Shown here piece after piece: positions 1 through 8,000 of a stretch of 11,226 nucleotides of DNA. The notes beneath the pieces were generated by a model. The model saw nothing but the letters and a program-made list of their open reading frames with translations. It did not search any database and had not been told where the DNA came from. The position numbers were made by a program, and so were the translations under genes. The first letter of the stretch is position 1. Each line of letters begins with the position of its first letter. Source of the stretch: a virus; the UHGV virus genome UHGV-1656500. The stretch is one strand, 5' to 3'.

Positions 1-62
1 AGCAGGAGCAGCAGGAGCAGCAGGAGCAGCAGGAGCAGCAGGAGCAGCAGGAGCAGCAGGAG
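1..62 (+). repeat. Tandem 9-nt repeat (AGCAGCAGG), about 6-7 copies, in frame within the upstream CDS and encoding (QEQ)n
   Basis: Direct reading: agcagg followed by six perfect agcagcagg units. In the frame that ends at the TGA at 186-188 this reads QEQQEQQEQ... Confidence 0.9.
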
Positions 63-188
63 CACGGTGCTCAGTTGGTTGCTATGTTCACTGACTTCCC
101 GGCATTCCCCGGCGCGCCCACCACCGCAGATGTGCATCCTGACGAAGTGGAAAACTGGAAGGCGGCAGGCTGGCGCATAGAGGAGTGA
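1..188 (+). CDS. C-terminal fragment of an upstream phage head-region protein (5' end outside the window), with a (QEQ)n repeat
   Basis: The frame with codons at 3,6,9... is open from the window edge to TGA at 186-188. Hand translation: (QEQ)n-HGAQLVAMFTDFPAFPGAPTTADVHPDEVENWKAAGWRIEE*. The next gene starts 4 nt later. Function unknown. Confidence 0.5.
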   Translation, partial: QEQQEQQEQQEQQEQQEQQEHGAQLVAMFTDFPAFPGAPTTADVHPDEVENWKAAGWRIEE

Positions 189-191
189 TTC

Positions 192-602
192 ATGATCACC
201 TACATCACTGTTGCGGATGTCGATGCGCTTCTCGGTTCAACCTGGACGGATGAAAGCAAAAAAGCCAAATCTGTGCTGATGGCTAACACCTGGATGAATG
301 GCCTCAACCTGAAAATGCCCTGCAATAAGACCACTCACGAAGTCATCATTCCCGATGATGTGAAGCTGGCTGGGGCGTATGCGTCGCTGGCCGCAGCAAA
401 TGGCGGGCTGTATCAACAGAAAACCAGTTCTGGCGTGCTCACCAGTGAATCCGTTGATGCCGATGGCGTGAGCGTGTCGGAAAGCTACGCCGAACTGGCA
501 ACAAACAGCACATCTTTGCTGGATTCCGATCTGCAACTGGCGCTGGCGATGCTCAAGCCGTATGGCGCGAATACTTCGCAGATTCGCCTTGTCCGGGGGT
601 GA
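192..602 (+). CDS. Putative head-tail connector/adaptor protein (first of four small head-tail joining genes)
   Basis: 136-aa ORF with ATG at 192 and GGAG about 6 nt upstream. It sits between the head-gene end and the neck/tail genes. Assignment is by size and synteny only; no motif recognised. Confidence 0.5.
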   Translation: MITYITVADVDALLGSTWTDESKKAKSVLMANTWMNGLNLKMPCNKTTHEVIIPDDVKLAGAYASLAAANGGLYQQKTSSGVLTSESVDADGVSVSESYAELATNSTSLLDSDLQLALAMLKPYGANTSQIRLVRG

Positions 603-603
603 T

Positions 604-987
604 ATGGGAATTCGTGACAAGATTCAGACGAAGGTCGCAAAGGCCTTTGATACCAAACTGGCGGATGCTGTCAACGATTTCACCGGCTTATATGTCATTC
701 AGTCTGGATGGGACCCGGTAACGGAGACTGGCGGCGAAACCACCGTGACCTACACCGGGCGTGGGGTTCTGTCGAAATACAGCCTCAATCGCATTGATGG
801 CGTCAATATCCTGCACGGTGATCTCAAATTAGCCGCACTGACGAATGAAGTTACCGACGCGCCGAAGGTCGATCACATCATCACTGCACCAGATCTGACT
901 ACTGGCGAACAGCAGCGCTACAAGGTCATTACCGCAGGAACCGATCCGGCGAAAGCGACATATTCCATTCAGTTACGGAGGGTGTGA
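604..987 (+). CDS. Putative head closure / head-tail joining protein
   Basis: ATG at 604 overlaps the upstream stop (TGATATG) and is preceded by GGGGG. The track ORF begins at 562 in the same frame, but 604 is the first coupled start with an RBS. 127 aa. Function from position only. Confidence 0.5.
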   Translation: MGIRDKIQTKVAKAFDTKLADAVNDFTGLYVIQSGWDPVTETGGETTVTYTGRGVLSKYSLNRIDGVNILHGDLKLAALTNEVTDAPKVDHIITAPDLTTGEQQRYKVITAGTDPAKATYSIQLRRV

Positions 988-988
988 T

Positions 989-1369
989 ATGGCGAACGGG
1001 TGGAGTATCGACCCCTCTGTTTTTATGAATCAGGTTGAGGAAGACGTTGGTAAAAAATTGCGTTTTATCTCGCTTCAGTTGCTGAATGAAATTGTCTCTC
1101 GCTCTCCGGTCGATACCGGGCGTTTCCGTGCGAATAATCAGGTGAGTATCGGCTCTCCTGAATACGGCACCACCGATACAACGGATAAAAATGGATCGGC
1201 GACTTTGCAGCAAGGTAGCGCTGTTATCGCGCAGGGAAAACCTTATTCAGTCATCTACATTCAGAATAACCTCCCATACGCGGAACCTCTGGAGAATGGT
1301 CACTCGCAGCAGGCTCCGGCAGGTATCTACGCTGTCTCATTCCACGGTGTAACACAGGCCTACAAATGA
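989..1369 (+). CDS. HK97 gp10-like head-tail joining (neck) protein
   Basis: 126 aa, GGAGGG RBS, start 1 nt after the upstream stop. Contains SPVDTGRFRANN, which resembles the conserved VDTGRLR motif I recall for the HK97 gp10 family. Confidence 0.6.
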   Translation: MANGWSIDPSVFMNQVEEDVGKKLRFISLQLLNEIVSRSPVDTGRFRANNQVSIGSPEYGTTDTTDKNGSATLQQGSAVIAQGKPYSVIYIQNNLPYAEPLENGHSQQAPAGIYAVSFHGVTQAYK

Positions 1370-1758
1370 CCCTCACAGAAATTCGTAACGCTGTCATTGC
1401 TCGCATGACGGCGCAGACGGCTATTGCCTCTGATGCTGTGGATTATCCAAATGGGCCGATATTTGACCCGGCGGGGAAATCTATCTGGGCGCGATTGACG
1501 AATATTCCCGGACTGGCTGGCGCTAATGAAATCGGCGGTGGTCCGGTTGTTCACCGTACCGGCGTACTCATCATTCAGATATTCGTTCCGGTTGGTAGCG
1601 GCTCTCTGCTGATAAACCAGACCGCCGACAAACTACGCGAGTTATTCGAATTCCAGGATGACGGAAAACTCAGTTATTTCGCCGTATCCGCTGTTCCTGC
1701 TGGTGAAACAGATGGCTGGTCTCAGCTCAATCTACAAATTCCTTACCGCGCTCTGTAG
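1366..1758 (+). CDS. Putative tail completion / tail terminator protein
   Basis: 130 aa. ATG at 1366 overlaps the upstream stop (ATGA). Lies immediately upstream of the major tail gene. Assignment by synteny and size. Confidence 0.5.
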   Translation: MTLTEIRNAVIARMTAQTAIASDAVDYPNGPIFDPAGKSIWARLTNIPGLAGANEIGGGPVVHRTGVLIIQIFVPVGSGSLLINQTADKLRELFEFQDDGKLSYFAVSAVPAGETDGWSQLNLQIPYRAL

Positions 1759-1784
1759 CGCTTAACTTCGATGGAGGTGACCGC

Positions 1785-2705
1785 ATGTCGAGCGGCGCTA
1801 AGGTACTCTCGGCCTTTATACGGGAAACTACGGTAGGTGTAACTCCGGCAGGAGCGTGGAGTCTGATAAAGCGCTCCGCGTGGGGGGTGAAACCGACCCA
1901 AAACACAAATGACAATGACGAAATCGGTGGCACCCGCATGGCGCAGGGTATGTCGATGGGCACCGTTGATGTCGGTGGCGATGTGGCGACGAAGTTTCGC
2001 TGGGGACAGCATGATGCGTTTCTGGCGTCCTGCTTCGGTGCTGACTGGGTTGGCGATAGCCTGACGATGGGTAATGAACGTATCACGTTCTCACTCGCAA
2101 CGTATGCTTCCGATGTTGGTATCGCCTCTATCGTTCGCGGCGCGCAGGTAAGCGTGTTCCAGTTGGAGGTTCCTAACGACGGTGATGTTACCGCGACGAT
2201 CACTTTCGCCGGGCTGGGCTGGGATTCGAAAGCTGATGACACCAGTTATATCGAAGGAACACCTGCGGATAACTCTGGCGAGCTGCGTTACTCGTTCAAA
2301 GAGGTCACGGCAATCAACCTGAACGGCATCGACGGCGGTGATGGTTTCTGTATCGACACCTTCAACATCCAGTTCGACAACAACGTTCAGACCCAGCGTT
2401 GTATCGGCACCGGCTCACCATATGCCGGGGCCAATATTCCGACTACGTTCACGCCGTCAGGTTCAATCACATTATCCTGGTCTAAAGCTGCGTGGGAGGT
2501 TTGGAGCAAAACACTGACCGGGGCGACGGTGCCGTTTAGCTTCACCCTGGCGAACGACGAAGGGCAGTACACTTTCAACTTCCCGAAAGTACAGGTCGCA
2601 GGCGACTGGCCGGATGGGGGCAATACCGACATTATCCAGGTTCAACTCGATATCACTGCGGCAGACGAGTCACCGACCATTACCCGCACAGCTGCGGGCA
2701 GTTAA
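1785..2705 (+). CDS. Major tail (tube) protein
   Basis: 306 aa with a strong GGAGG RBS 8 nt upstream. Lies between the tail-terminator gene and the chaperone/tape-measure genes. Ser/Thr/Gly-rich composition is consistent with a tail tube protein. Synteny-based call. Confidence 0.6.
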   Translation: MSSGAKVLSAFIRETTVGVTPAGAWSLIKRSAWGVKPTQNTNDNDEIGGTRMAQGMSMGTVDVGGDVATKFRWGQHDAFLASCFGADWVGDSLTMGNERITFSLATYASDVGIASIVRGAQVSVFQLEVPNDGDVTATITFAGLGWDSKADDTSYIEGTPADNSGELRYSFKEVTAINLNGIDGGDGFCIDTFNIQFDNNVQTQRCIGTGSPYAGANIPTTFTPSGSITLSWSKAAWEVWSKTLTGATVPFSFTLANDEGQYTFNFPKVQVAGDWPDGGNTDIIQVQLDITAADESPTITRTAAGS

Positions 2706-2765
2706 TTTCCCTTGCCCGTTCCGCTCTGCATGGCGGCGCGGGCTTTTTTCATGCAGGAGTTTCGA

Positions 2766-3233
2766 ATGATTATCCTCAACCCACGAATTGATGTTGGTGG
2801 CGAGCGCTGGTTTACGCCGCTGAAAGATCTCAAACCCATTGAAGGCCTAAAGCTGCTCGTCAGCAGCATTGATAACGACCAGTATCGCTCGCGTAATGCG
2901 CTTATACGCCGCCACATTGAAAAAATGGATGCCAGTTACCAGGTGGGAACCAGCGAATTTAGCCTGTCTGCGGTCGGGGAAATTGACTCTGCCGATGATC
3001 TTCTGATCGACAACTGCGCGCGTTACCTGCTGAAAGACTGGAAGGGCGTTGGTGAGCTTGTTGAAGGCGAAGAAGTTCCGATTGAGTACACACCTGAACG
3101 CGGCGCTGCACTTCTGAAACAGGAACCAGCAATTTACTGGCAAATTCTGGCTGAAGCCGCCAGCATCGCCCAGGGCAAAGAGCAGCAGAAGCAGGAAACC
3201 GTAAAAAAGCCATCGAAGCGCAAAAGTGGCTGA
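2766..3233 (+). CDS. Tail assembly chaperone (lambda gpG-like), short zero-frame product
   Basis: ATG at 2766 with AGGAG 8 nt upstream (the track ORF starts further up at 2712 with no RBS). 155 aa, acidic, immediately upstream of the tape measure gene. Contains the slippery heptamer near its 3' end. Confidence 0.7.
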   Translation: MIILNPRIDVGGERWFTPLKDLKPIEGLKLLVSSIDNDQYRSRNALIRRHIEKMDASYQVGTSEFSLSAVGEIDSADDLLIDNCARYLLKDWKGVGELVEGEEVPIEYTPERGAALLKQEPAIYWQILAEAASIAQGKEQQKQETVKKPSKRKSG

Positions 3234-3553
3234 GTGAATTCGGTGGGGAGCAGGGTGAAAAGGCAAAGTGGCGAAGGGAGAAATTAAAACTCCCGCCAAT
3301 TCCCGAGCCTGAAATTGACGGCGTGACAGGGGAAATCCTCAACGCTTACTCCGTTATTTCCCGCTCCCGGCTGTATGCCGGGATGGCTGGTGCGCCACTG
3401 CCAATCTCACTTCATGATATTGAGCGCTTTCTTTCTGCACGTCCCGTCCTCATTGATCGCGATGAATTTGACGCGGCGATATTTGCCCTCGATGACGCAT
3501 GGCGTGAGAAGTGGGCGCAGGAACAGAAAAAACACGGCAAACAGAAACAATAA
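2766..3553 (+). CDS. Tail assembly chaperone frameshift fusion (gpGT-like), made by a -1 ribosomal slip at 3203-3209; about 262 aa
   Basis: The -1 frame is open from the slippery site to TAA at 3551-3553, checked codon by codon (...ETVKK|AIEAQKWLSEFGGEQGEK...KQKQ*). The annotated 76-aa ORF at 3323-3553 is the tail of this frame. Confidence 0.6.
3203..3209 (+). promoter_or_regulatory. Programmed -1 ribosomal frameshift slippery heptamer A_AAA_AAG
   Basis: In the chaperone frame the codons are GTA AAA AAG CCA, so A-AAA-AAG fits the X_XXY_YYZ rule. It lies 22 nt before the zero-frame stop, and the -1 frame stays open for another 114 codons. Confidence 0.65.
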
Positions 3554-3554
3554 G

Positions 3555-3577
3555 CCCGGCATGTCCGGGTATTTTTA
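3555..3577 (+). terminator. Weak hairpin plus T-run between the chaperone genes and the tape measure gene (possible attenuating terminator)
   Basis: cccgg-catgt-ccggg 5-bp stem followed by tattttta. Short stem, so low confidence. Confidence 0.25.
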
Positions 3578-3592
3578 TGCCCGGAGATCGCA

Positions 3593-5728
3593 ATGTCAGA
3601 ACAGACATCCCGCCTCGCTGTCATTATTGACAGCACCGGCGCAGAAAAAAATGCTGAAAGCCTGACCAGCGCCCTTCACGGGCTTACCGAGTGGGGGCAG
3701 AAAGCAGCGGCCAGCGCCGGGAAGGTAACGAAGGCGACCGAAGAAGAATCCGCTGCTTTATCGGAACTTCTGGACCGCATTGATCCGGTTAACGCGGCTC
3801 TGAATAAACTGGATAAACAACAGCAACAACTCGCGAAATTCAAGTCGAAAGGCATGCTGGACGATGAGACCTTTGATGTCTATTCGAAAAAAATCGAAGA
3901 GGCTCGTAATCGTCTCACCGGGTTTTCAGAGCAACTGAAAAATACTGGCATGTCAGCAAAGCAAACTGCTTTTGCGATGCGCATGATCCCTGCTCAGATG
4001 ACCGACATCGTCGTGGGTCTGTCTACCGGGCAAAGTCCGTTCATGGTGCTGATGCAGCAGGGCGGTCAGTTAAAAGATATGTTCGGTGGCATCGGACCTG
4101 CGATTAAAGGCGTTAGCTCCTATGTGATGGGCCTGATCAATCCTTTCACGCTGGCGGCTGCTGCGGTCGGCGTGCTGGGTGTGGCGTACTACAAAGGCAC
4201 GCAGGAACAGGACGCTTTCAATAAATCACTCATCCTGACGGGTAACCAGGTAGGGAAAACATCTGGTCAACTGGCGGACATTGCCGCGCGCGCTGGTGTA
4301 GCGGCGAACTCAACCACTGGCAAAGCGGCATCGGCGCTAAACCTACTGGTGGAATCTGGAAAGGTTGCCGGTGACTCGCTTGAGCGCGTGACCACTGCCG
4401 TTGTTAAAACGAGTGAAGCCACTGGTATTGCGACCGATAAACTGGTGGACGATTTCAACAAAATTGCCGCCGATCCGGTTGCGGCAATTACCAAACTGAA
4501 CGACCAGTACCACTTCCTTACGCTGGCAACTTACAACCAGATTAAGGCCCTCCAGGATGAAGGGAATCAGCAGGAAGCGGCGCGCGTTGCTACTGATGCT
4601 TACGCCACCACCATGCAGCAGCGTGCCGCAGATATTCAGGATAATCTCGGTTATCTCGAAAAGGCATGGAACGGACTCACCGGCGCAGCAAAAGGTGCAT
4701 GGGATGCAATGCTGGGCGTTGGGCGCGAGCAGTCTCTTGAACAACGACTGGCTGATGCGACTAAAAAGGCAAATGATGCACGCGGCAAAGCCGTGGGTAA
4801 TATTTTCGGTGTGCCAGGGTGGCAAACTGAAGCGGCAGCAGCGGCTAATTTTCTGCAAAGTGCTATCGACCTGCAAGGCGACCTTACAAAAGCTGTCGCG
4901 GCTGGCAGAGAAGAGCAGGATAAGGCAATTAAAATACAGCAGGAAGCTGATCGCGTTAACCAGCAGTTCCTGTCGAATGCTGATAAGCGAAACAAGGCGA
5001 TTCAGCAGCAGAAGAAATTCCTTGATGCCGGGGCCATCAGTGCAGATCAGTACGCGAAAAATATCGCGCGCATCAATGAAATGTACAAAGACCCTAAATC
5101 GCCAACAGCACCGAAGGGAAAAGCATATAGCGAAGATGCAGCGACACGACTGCTGGATCAGATTAACCAGCAGACATCCGCTATGCAGTCCCAGCTTGAC
5201 GCCAGCGATAAGCTCACCAGCGCCACCCAGGCGCGAGTGAAATTTGAACAGCAGATAGCTGACCTCAAATCGAAAACGCAGCTCACCGCCGATCAAAAAT
5301 CGCTTTTGTCCCGCTCTGAAGAAATTATTCAGGCCTACAAACGACAGGAGGAGTTGCAAAACTCCGTTAAAACGCTCGACGATTACCGGAAAATGCAGGA
5401 GCAGGTTAAAGCGAAGGATGAGCAGCAGAATGATTTGCTTCGCGAACGGCTTGCGCTGCTGGAAAAAGCAAAAGCCACAGGGAAGCTGGCGCCGGGGGAA
5501 TACGAGCAAACCCGATCTGATATTTACAAAAACACTCCAGCGGAGTTGCCTTCTTCAGTGAAGAGTGTGGTTGGCAACCTGTCACCGACTGGCGGCCAGT
5601 TATCCGGCACGTTCGGCGGTATGCAACAGCAGTACATTCAGCTCGATCAGGCGCAACAGCAGTTACAGACGTGGTTGCGGCATATGCCCAGGCTGCGCAA
5701 ATCACCACGGAAGGCGAAGCGCGCATGA
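3593..5728 (+). CDS. Tail tape measure protein, N-terminal ~690-aa part (frame interrupted near 5660-5675)
   Basis: ATG at 3593 with GGAG 6 nt upstream. Long Ala/Gln/Lys-rich, coiled-coil-like translation with a hydrophobic Gly-rich segment (VVGLSTGQSPFMVLMQQGG...AAAVGVLGVAYY), as is typical of tape measure proteins. The final ~20 residues of this frame (TWLRHMPRLRKSPRKAKRA) look non-native. Confidence 0.8.
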   Translation: MSEQTSRLAVIIDSTGAEKNAESLTSALHGLTEWGQKAAASAGKVTKATEEESAALSELLDRIDPVNAALNKLDKQQQQLAKFKSKGMLDDETFDVYSKKIEEARNRLTGFSEQLKNTGMSAKQTAFAMRMIPAQMTDIVVGLSTGQSPFMVLMQQGGQLKDMFGGIGPAIKGVSSYVMGLINPFTLAAAAVGVLGVAYYKGTQEQDAFNKSLILTGNQVGKTSGQLADIAARAGVAANSTTGKAASALNLLVESGKVAGDSLERVTTAVVKTSEATGIATDKLVDDFNKIAADPVAAITKLNDQYHFLTLATYNQIKALQDEGNQQEAARVATDAYATTMQQRAADIQDNLGYLEKAWNGLTGAAKGAWDAMLGVGREQSLEQRLADATKKANDARGKAVGNIFGVPGWQTEAAAAANFLQSAIDLQGDLTKAVAAGREEQDKAIKIQQEADRVNQQFLSNADKRNKAIQQQKKFLDAGAISADQYAKNIARINEMYKDPKSPTAPKGKAYSEDAATRLLDQINQQTSAMQSQLDASDKLTSATQARVKFEQQIADLKSKTQLTADQKSLLSRSEEIIQAYKRQEELQNSVKTLDDYRKMQEQVKAKDEQQNDLLRERLALLEKAKATGKLAPGEYEQTRSDIYKNTPAELPSSVKSVVGNLSPTGGQLSGTFGGMQQQYIQLDQAQQQLQTWLRHMPRLRKSPRKAKRA

Positions 5729-6459
5729 CGGCAATTCGCCAGCAGGCTGCGCAGGCCAACCAGGTAATCGAATCCCAGAAAAACGAAATCATCACCAGTG
5801 CGACGCAAACCATGATCGACAGTGGTTTGCAGATTCTGGCGACTGGTTTCGGGGAGCAATCCGGGATTTATAAAGCGGCGTTCGCTGCCAGCAAGGCATT
5901 CGCTATTGCACAGTCTCTGGTTTCGATCCAGCAGGGGATAGCAATGGCGGCGGCTAACCCGTTCCCGTACAACATCGCTGCGATGGCATCCGTTGCAGCG
6001 GCGACGGCGAGCATCGTTTCTAATATCGCAGCTGTTGCGGATGTTGGTTTTGCTGTCGGTGGTTTTACGGGCCCGGGCGGAAAATACCAGCCCGCCGGGA
6101 TAGTGCATAAAGGCGAGTATGTTTTTGACCAGGCTGCAACCAACCGGATAGGCGTCTCGAACCTTGAGGCGCTGCGCAATGGTGGTTCTCTGGATGCAAC
6201 GCTGAGCAAGCCCGGTTTCGGTACGGGGGCGCAGAACGTCAATAACAACAGTAATTCAACTGTATTCAGCCCCCAGATTCAGCAGGACTTCCATATTCAG
6301 CAGGGTGTAACGCCTGAGCAGATGGATATGTCTCTCGCCAACACCGCCAAAAAGGCGACGACGGACGCAGTTGATCAGGTGGCGAACCAGATTGTCCGGG
6401 GTAACGGGAAAGTGGGTAACGCAATGCGAGGAACGTACACCGGAAGGAGAACGACCTGA
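5671..6459 (+). CDS. Tail tape measure protein, C-terminal ~262-aa part in the -1 frame relative to the upstream part
   Basis: This frame is open from 5521 and its first start codon is GTG at 5671. The translation (VVAAYAQAAQITTEGEARMTAIRQQAAQANQ...) continues the tape-measure-like composition. The stop overlaps the next gene start (TGATG). Confidence 0.7.
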   Translation: MVAAYAQAAQITTEGEARMTAIRQQAAQANQVIESQKNEIITSATQTMIDSGLQILATGFGEQSGIYKAAFAASKAFAIAQSLVSIQQGIAMAAANPFPYNIAAMASVAAATASIVSNIAAVADVGFAVGGFTGPGGKYQPAGIVHKGEYVFDQAATNRIGVSNLEALRNGGSLDATLSKPGFGTGAQNVNNNSNSTVFSPQIQQDFHIQQGVTPEQMDMSLANTAKKATTDAVDQVANQIVRGNGKVGNAMRGTYTGRRTT

Positions 6460-6923
6460 TGGCTGAAAAATACTACCCTCACGATTATCTCCCTATGCCG
6501 CTTCAGGACGGTTATGCATTTCAGCCAGTCAGTCCGTTAAAGCGCACCGAAATGACCACCGGCCGCGCCCGTCAGCGCCGCGCGTTTATTTCGACGCCGA
6601 CACAGGCAAATGTGCAGTGGTCTTTCGAAAACGATGCTCAGGCTCAGCTTTTTGAGGGCTGGTATCACGAAACCATCACTGACGGCGCCGACTGGTTTTT
6701 CATGCGACTGCAAACGCCGCTTGGCGTGGAGTTCTACAAATGCCGGTTTACGGACATCTATCAGGGGCCGACTCTTGTCGCCCCGATTTACTGGCAGTTC
6801 TCCGCGACGCTTGAGTTGTGGACTCGACCCGTCCTCGGTGATGGCTGGGCTGAGTTCCCGGATTACATCATCAACAGCAGCATCATCGATATTGCACTTA
6901 ACAGGGAGTGGCCGGAAGCATGA
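6459..6923 (+). CDS. Minor tail protein, lambda gpM-like (tail tip)
   Basis: 154 aa with AGGAG RBS, start overlapping the tape measure stop. Position right after the tape measure gene, plus loose resemblance to gpM as I recall it. No search run. Confidence 0.5.
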   Translation: MAEKYYPHDYLPMPLQDGYAFQPVSPLKRTEMTTGRARQRRAFISTPTQANVQWSFENDAQAQLFEGWYHETITDGADWFFMRLQTPLGVEFYKCRFTDIYQGPTLVAPIYWQFSATLELWTRPVLGDGWAEFPDYIINSSIIDIALNREWPEA

Positions 6924-7408
6924 CCAGTCCGACTTTGAAACGACTGTATGCCTCTTCCGGTGAAGAGGTCATTATCAAAACTTTGCAGATCAACATCGGT
7001 GATGATGTCCTTTATCTCTGTGATGGCTACGACAACATAACAGCGACGACGGAAACTGGTGAAGAGGTCACATTCATCGCCAGCGCCATCGATGTTGCAC
7101 TACCGGCGCGGAACAGTGACGGCACTCAGGATTTGCAGTTTGCTGTCTCAAACATCAACGGTGAAGCATCCACATCCGTGCGTAGCGCGCTGGAAAATCT
7201 GCGTGGCGCCACGGTGACCTACCGACAATATACCTCTGACGATTTAGCCGCGCCCGCAGACCGCCCTTATACCCTGACGGTTAAAAATGGGTACTGGACT
7301 GCAACGCAGGCGCAGATTATCGCTGGATACATGAATGTGCTGGATACTGGATGGCCCCGCTATAGCTACACACTCCCGTTCTATCCGGGCTTGCGTTACA
7401 TGAGTTAA
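6920..7408 (+). CDS. Minor tail protein, lambda gpL-like (tail tip), short form without a C-terminal Cys cluster
   Basis: ATG at 6920 overlaps the upstream stop (ATGA). The track start at 6908 is a GTG with no RBS. 162 aa. Assignment by synteny and weak resemblance to gpL. Confidence 0.5.
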   Translation: MTSPTLKRLYASSGEEVIIKTLQINIGDDVLYLCDGYDNITATTETGEEVTFIASAIDVALPARNSDGTQDLQFAVSNINGEASTSVRSALENLRGATVTYRQYTSDDLAAPADRPYTLTVKNGYWTATQAQIIAGYMNVLDTGWPRYSYTLPFYPGLRYMS

Positions 7409-7466
7409 TGTTCAGCCATAAATTACTTGATAAGATAAGGTTCTTCTTATTGACAGGGATAGAAAA

Positions 7467-7979
7467 GTGAAACGATTTTTGCTGGTTTCTGCCGTAATTT
7501 TACTGGCCGGATGTTCGGCTAAATACAATACGAACAATATTCAGAGCAACACTGAGCAGTTAGTCAAAGATGCTCCAGTTGCTATTGCTATGCCATCTGA
7601 TGGGGTATATGAAACCCGCACATATGCTGGCTCTGGAAATTCGACAGCGACTGCATTAAAAGCTGCTTTTTTGCGACATTCAGATAACGTAGCGATTTAC
7701 GCTGATTGTGAAGATGTTACTTGTCTGAAAAATAATCATACAATCCATCATGGATACTACGTTGTTCCTCAGATATTGCATTGGGAGGACAGGGCTACTG
7801 AGTGGTCAGGAATTCCAGATAAAATTGAAGTGAAAATTACAATTTATAATGCAGAATCCAACAATCGGATTGCCTCAACGATTATTAGCGGGAAAAGTAA
7901 GTGGGCAACATTTGGTGGTGATCATCCGCAAGACTTGTTGCCAGAGCCAGTAAACTCGTACATCTCCAGCCTGTATTGA
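7467..7979 (+). CDS. Lipoprotein encoded by an AT-rich moron; function unknown
   Basis: GTG start with AGGGA 7 nt upstream. The N-terminus MKRFLLVSAVILLAGCSA is a textbook type II signal peptide with lipobox LAGC (Cys16). GC is roughly 30-38% against roughly 55-65% in the flanking tail genes, counted by eye on a few 60-nt lines. A strong terminator follows. Confidence 0.7.
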   Translation: MKRFLLVSAVILLAGCSAKYNTNNIQSNTEQLVKDAPVAIAMPSDGVYETRTYAGSGNSTATALKAAFLRHSDNVAIYADCEDVTCLKNNHTIHHGYYVVPQILHWEDRATEWSGIPDKIEVKITIYNAESNNRIASTIISGKSKWATFGGDHPQDLLPEPVNSYISSLY

Positions 7980-8000
7980 ACCGTCAGTAAACTACATTTC

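Noticed and set aside
1-62. Repeat tract considered as a CRISPR array or non-coding microsatellite
   Set aside because: The unit is 9 nt with no spacers, and it lies in an open frame contiguous with a C-terminal coding tail ending at 188; it is a coding tandem repeat.
562-603. Upstream starts offered by the ORF track (562 for the second neck gene, 2712 for the chaperone, 6908 for the gpL-like gene)
   Set aside because: Each lacks an RBS and would overlap the upstream gene extensively; the downstream starts (604, 2766, 6920) have RBS-like sequences or stop/start coupling. The 5' ends remain somewhat uncertain.
1727-2242. 171-aa minus-strand ORF (and 1743-2012) overlapping the major tail gene
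   Set aside because: Antisense to a gene with a strong RBS and good synteny; no independent start signals.
4343-5509. 388-aa minus-strand ORF, plus other antisense or alternate-frame ORFs inside the tape measure gene (4267-4494, 4557-5240, 4651-4995, 5406-5813, 5647-6108, 5868-6248)
   Set aside because: Fully embedded in a well-supported plus-strand gene; translations are low-complexity and Cys/Arg/Leu-rich; no RBS. Long spurious ORFs are expected opposite GC-rich repetitive coding sequence.
6610-6963. 117-aa plus-strand ORF in an alternate frame over the gpM-like gene, and 8257-8481 over the gpK-like gene
   Set aside because: Alternate-frame overlaps with Arg/Ser-rich translations and no RBS.
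7427-7455. TTGATA and TTGACA hexamers upstream of the lipoprotein gene as a sigma-70 promoter
   Set aside because: TTGACA (7450-7455) is only 11 nt from the GTG start, so any -10 would fall inside the coding region. With TTGATA (7427-7432) as the -35, the spacing lands on TTGACA, which is not -10-like. An AT-rich promoter probably exists here but I cannot place it.
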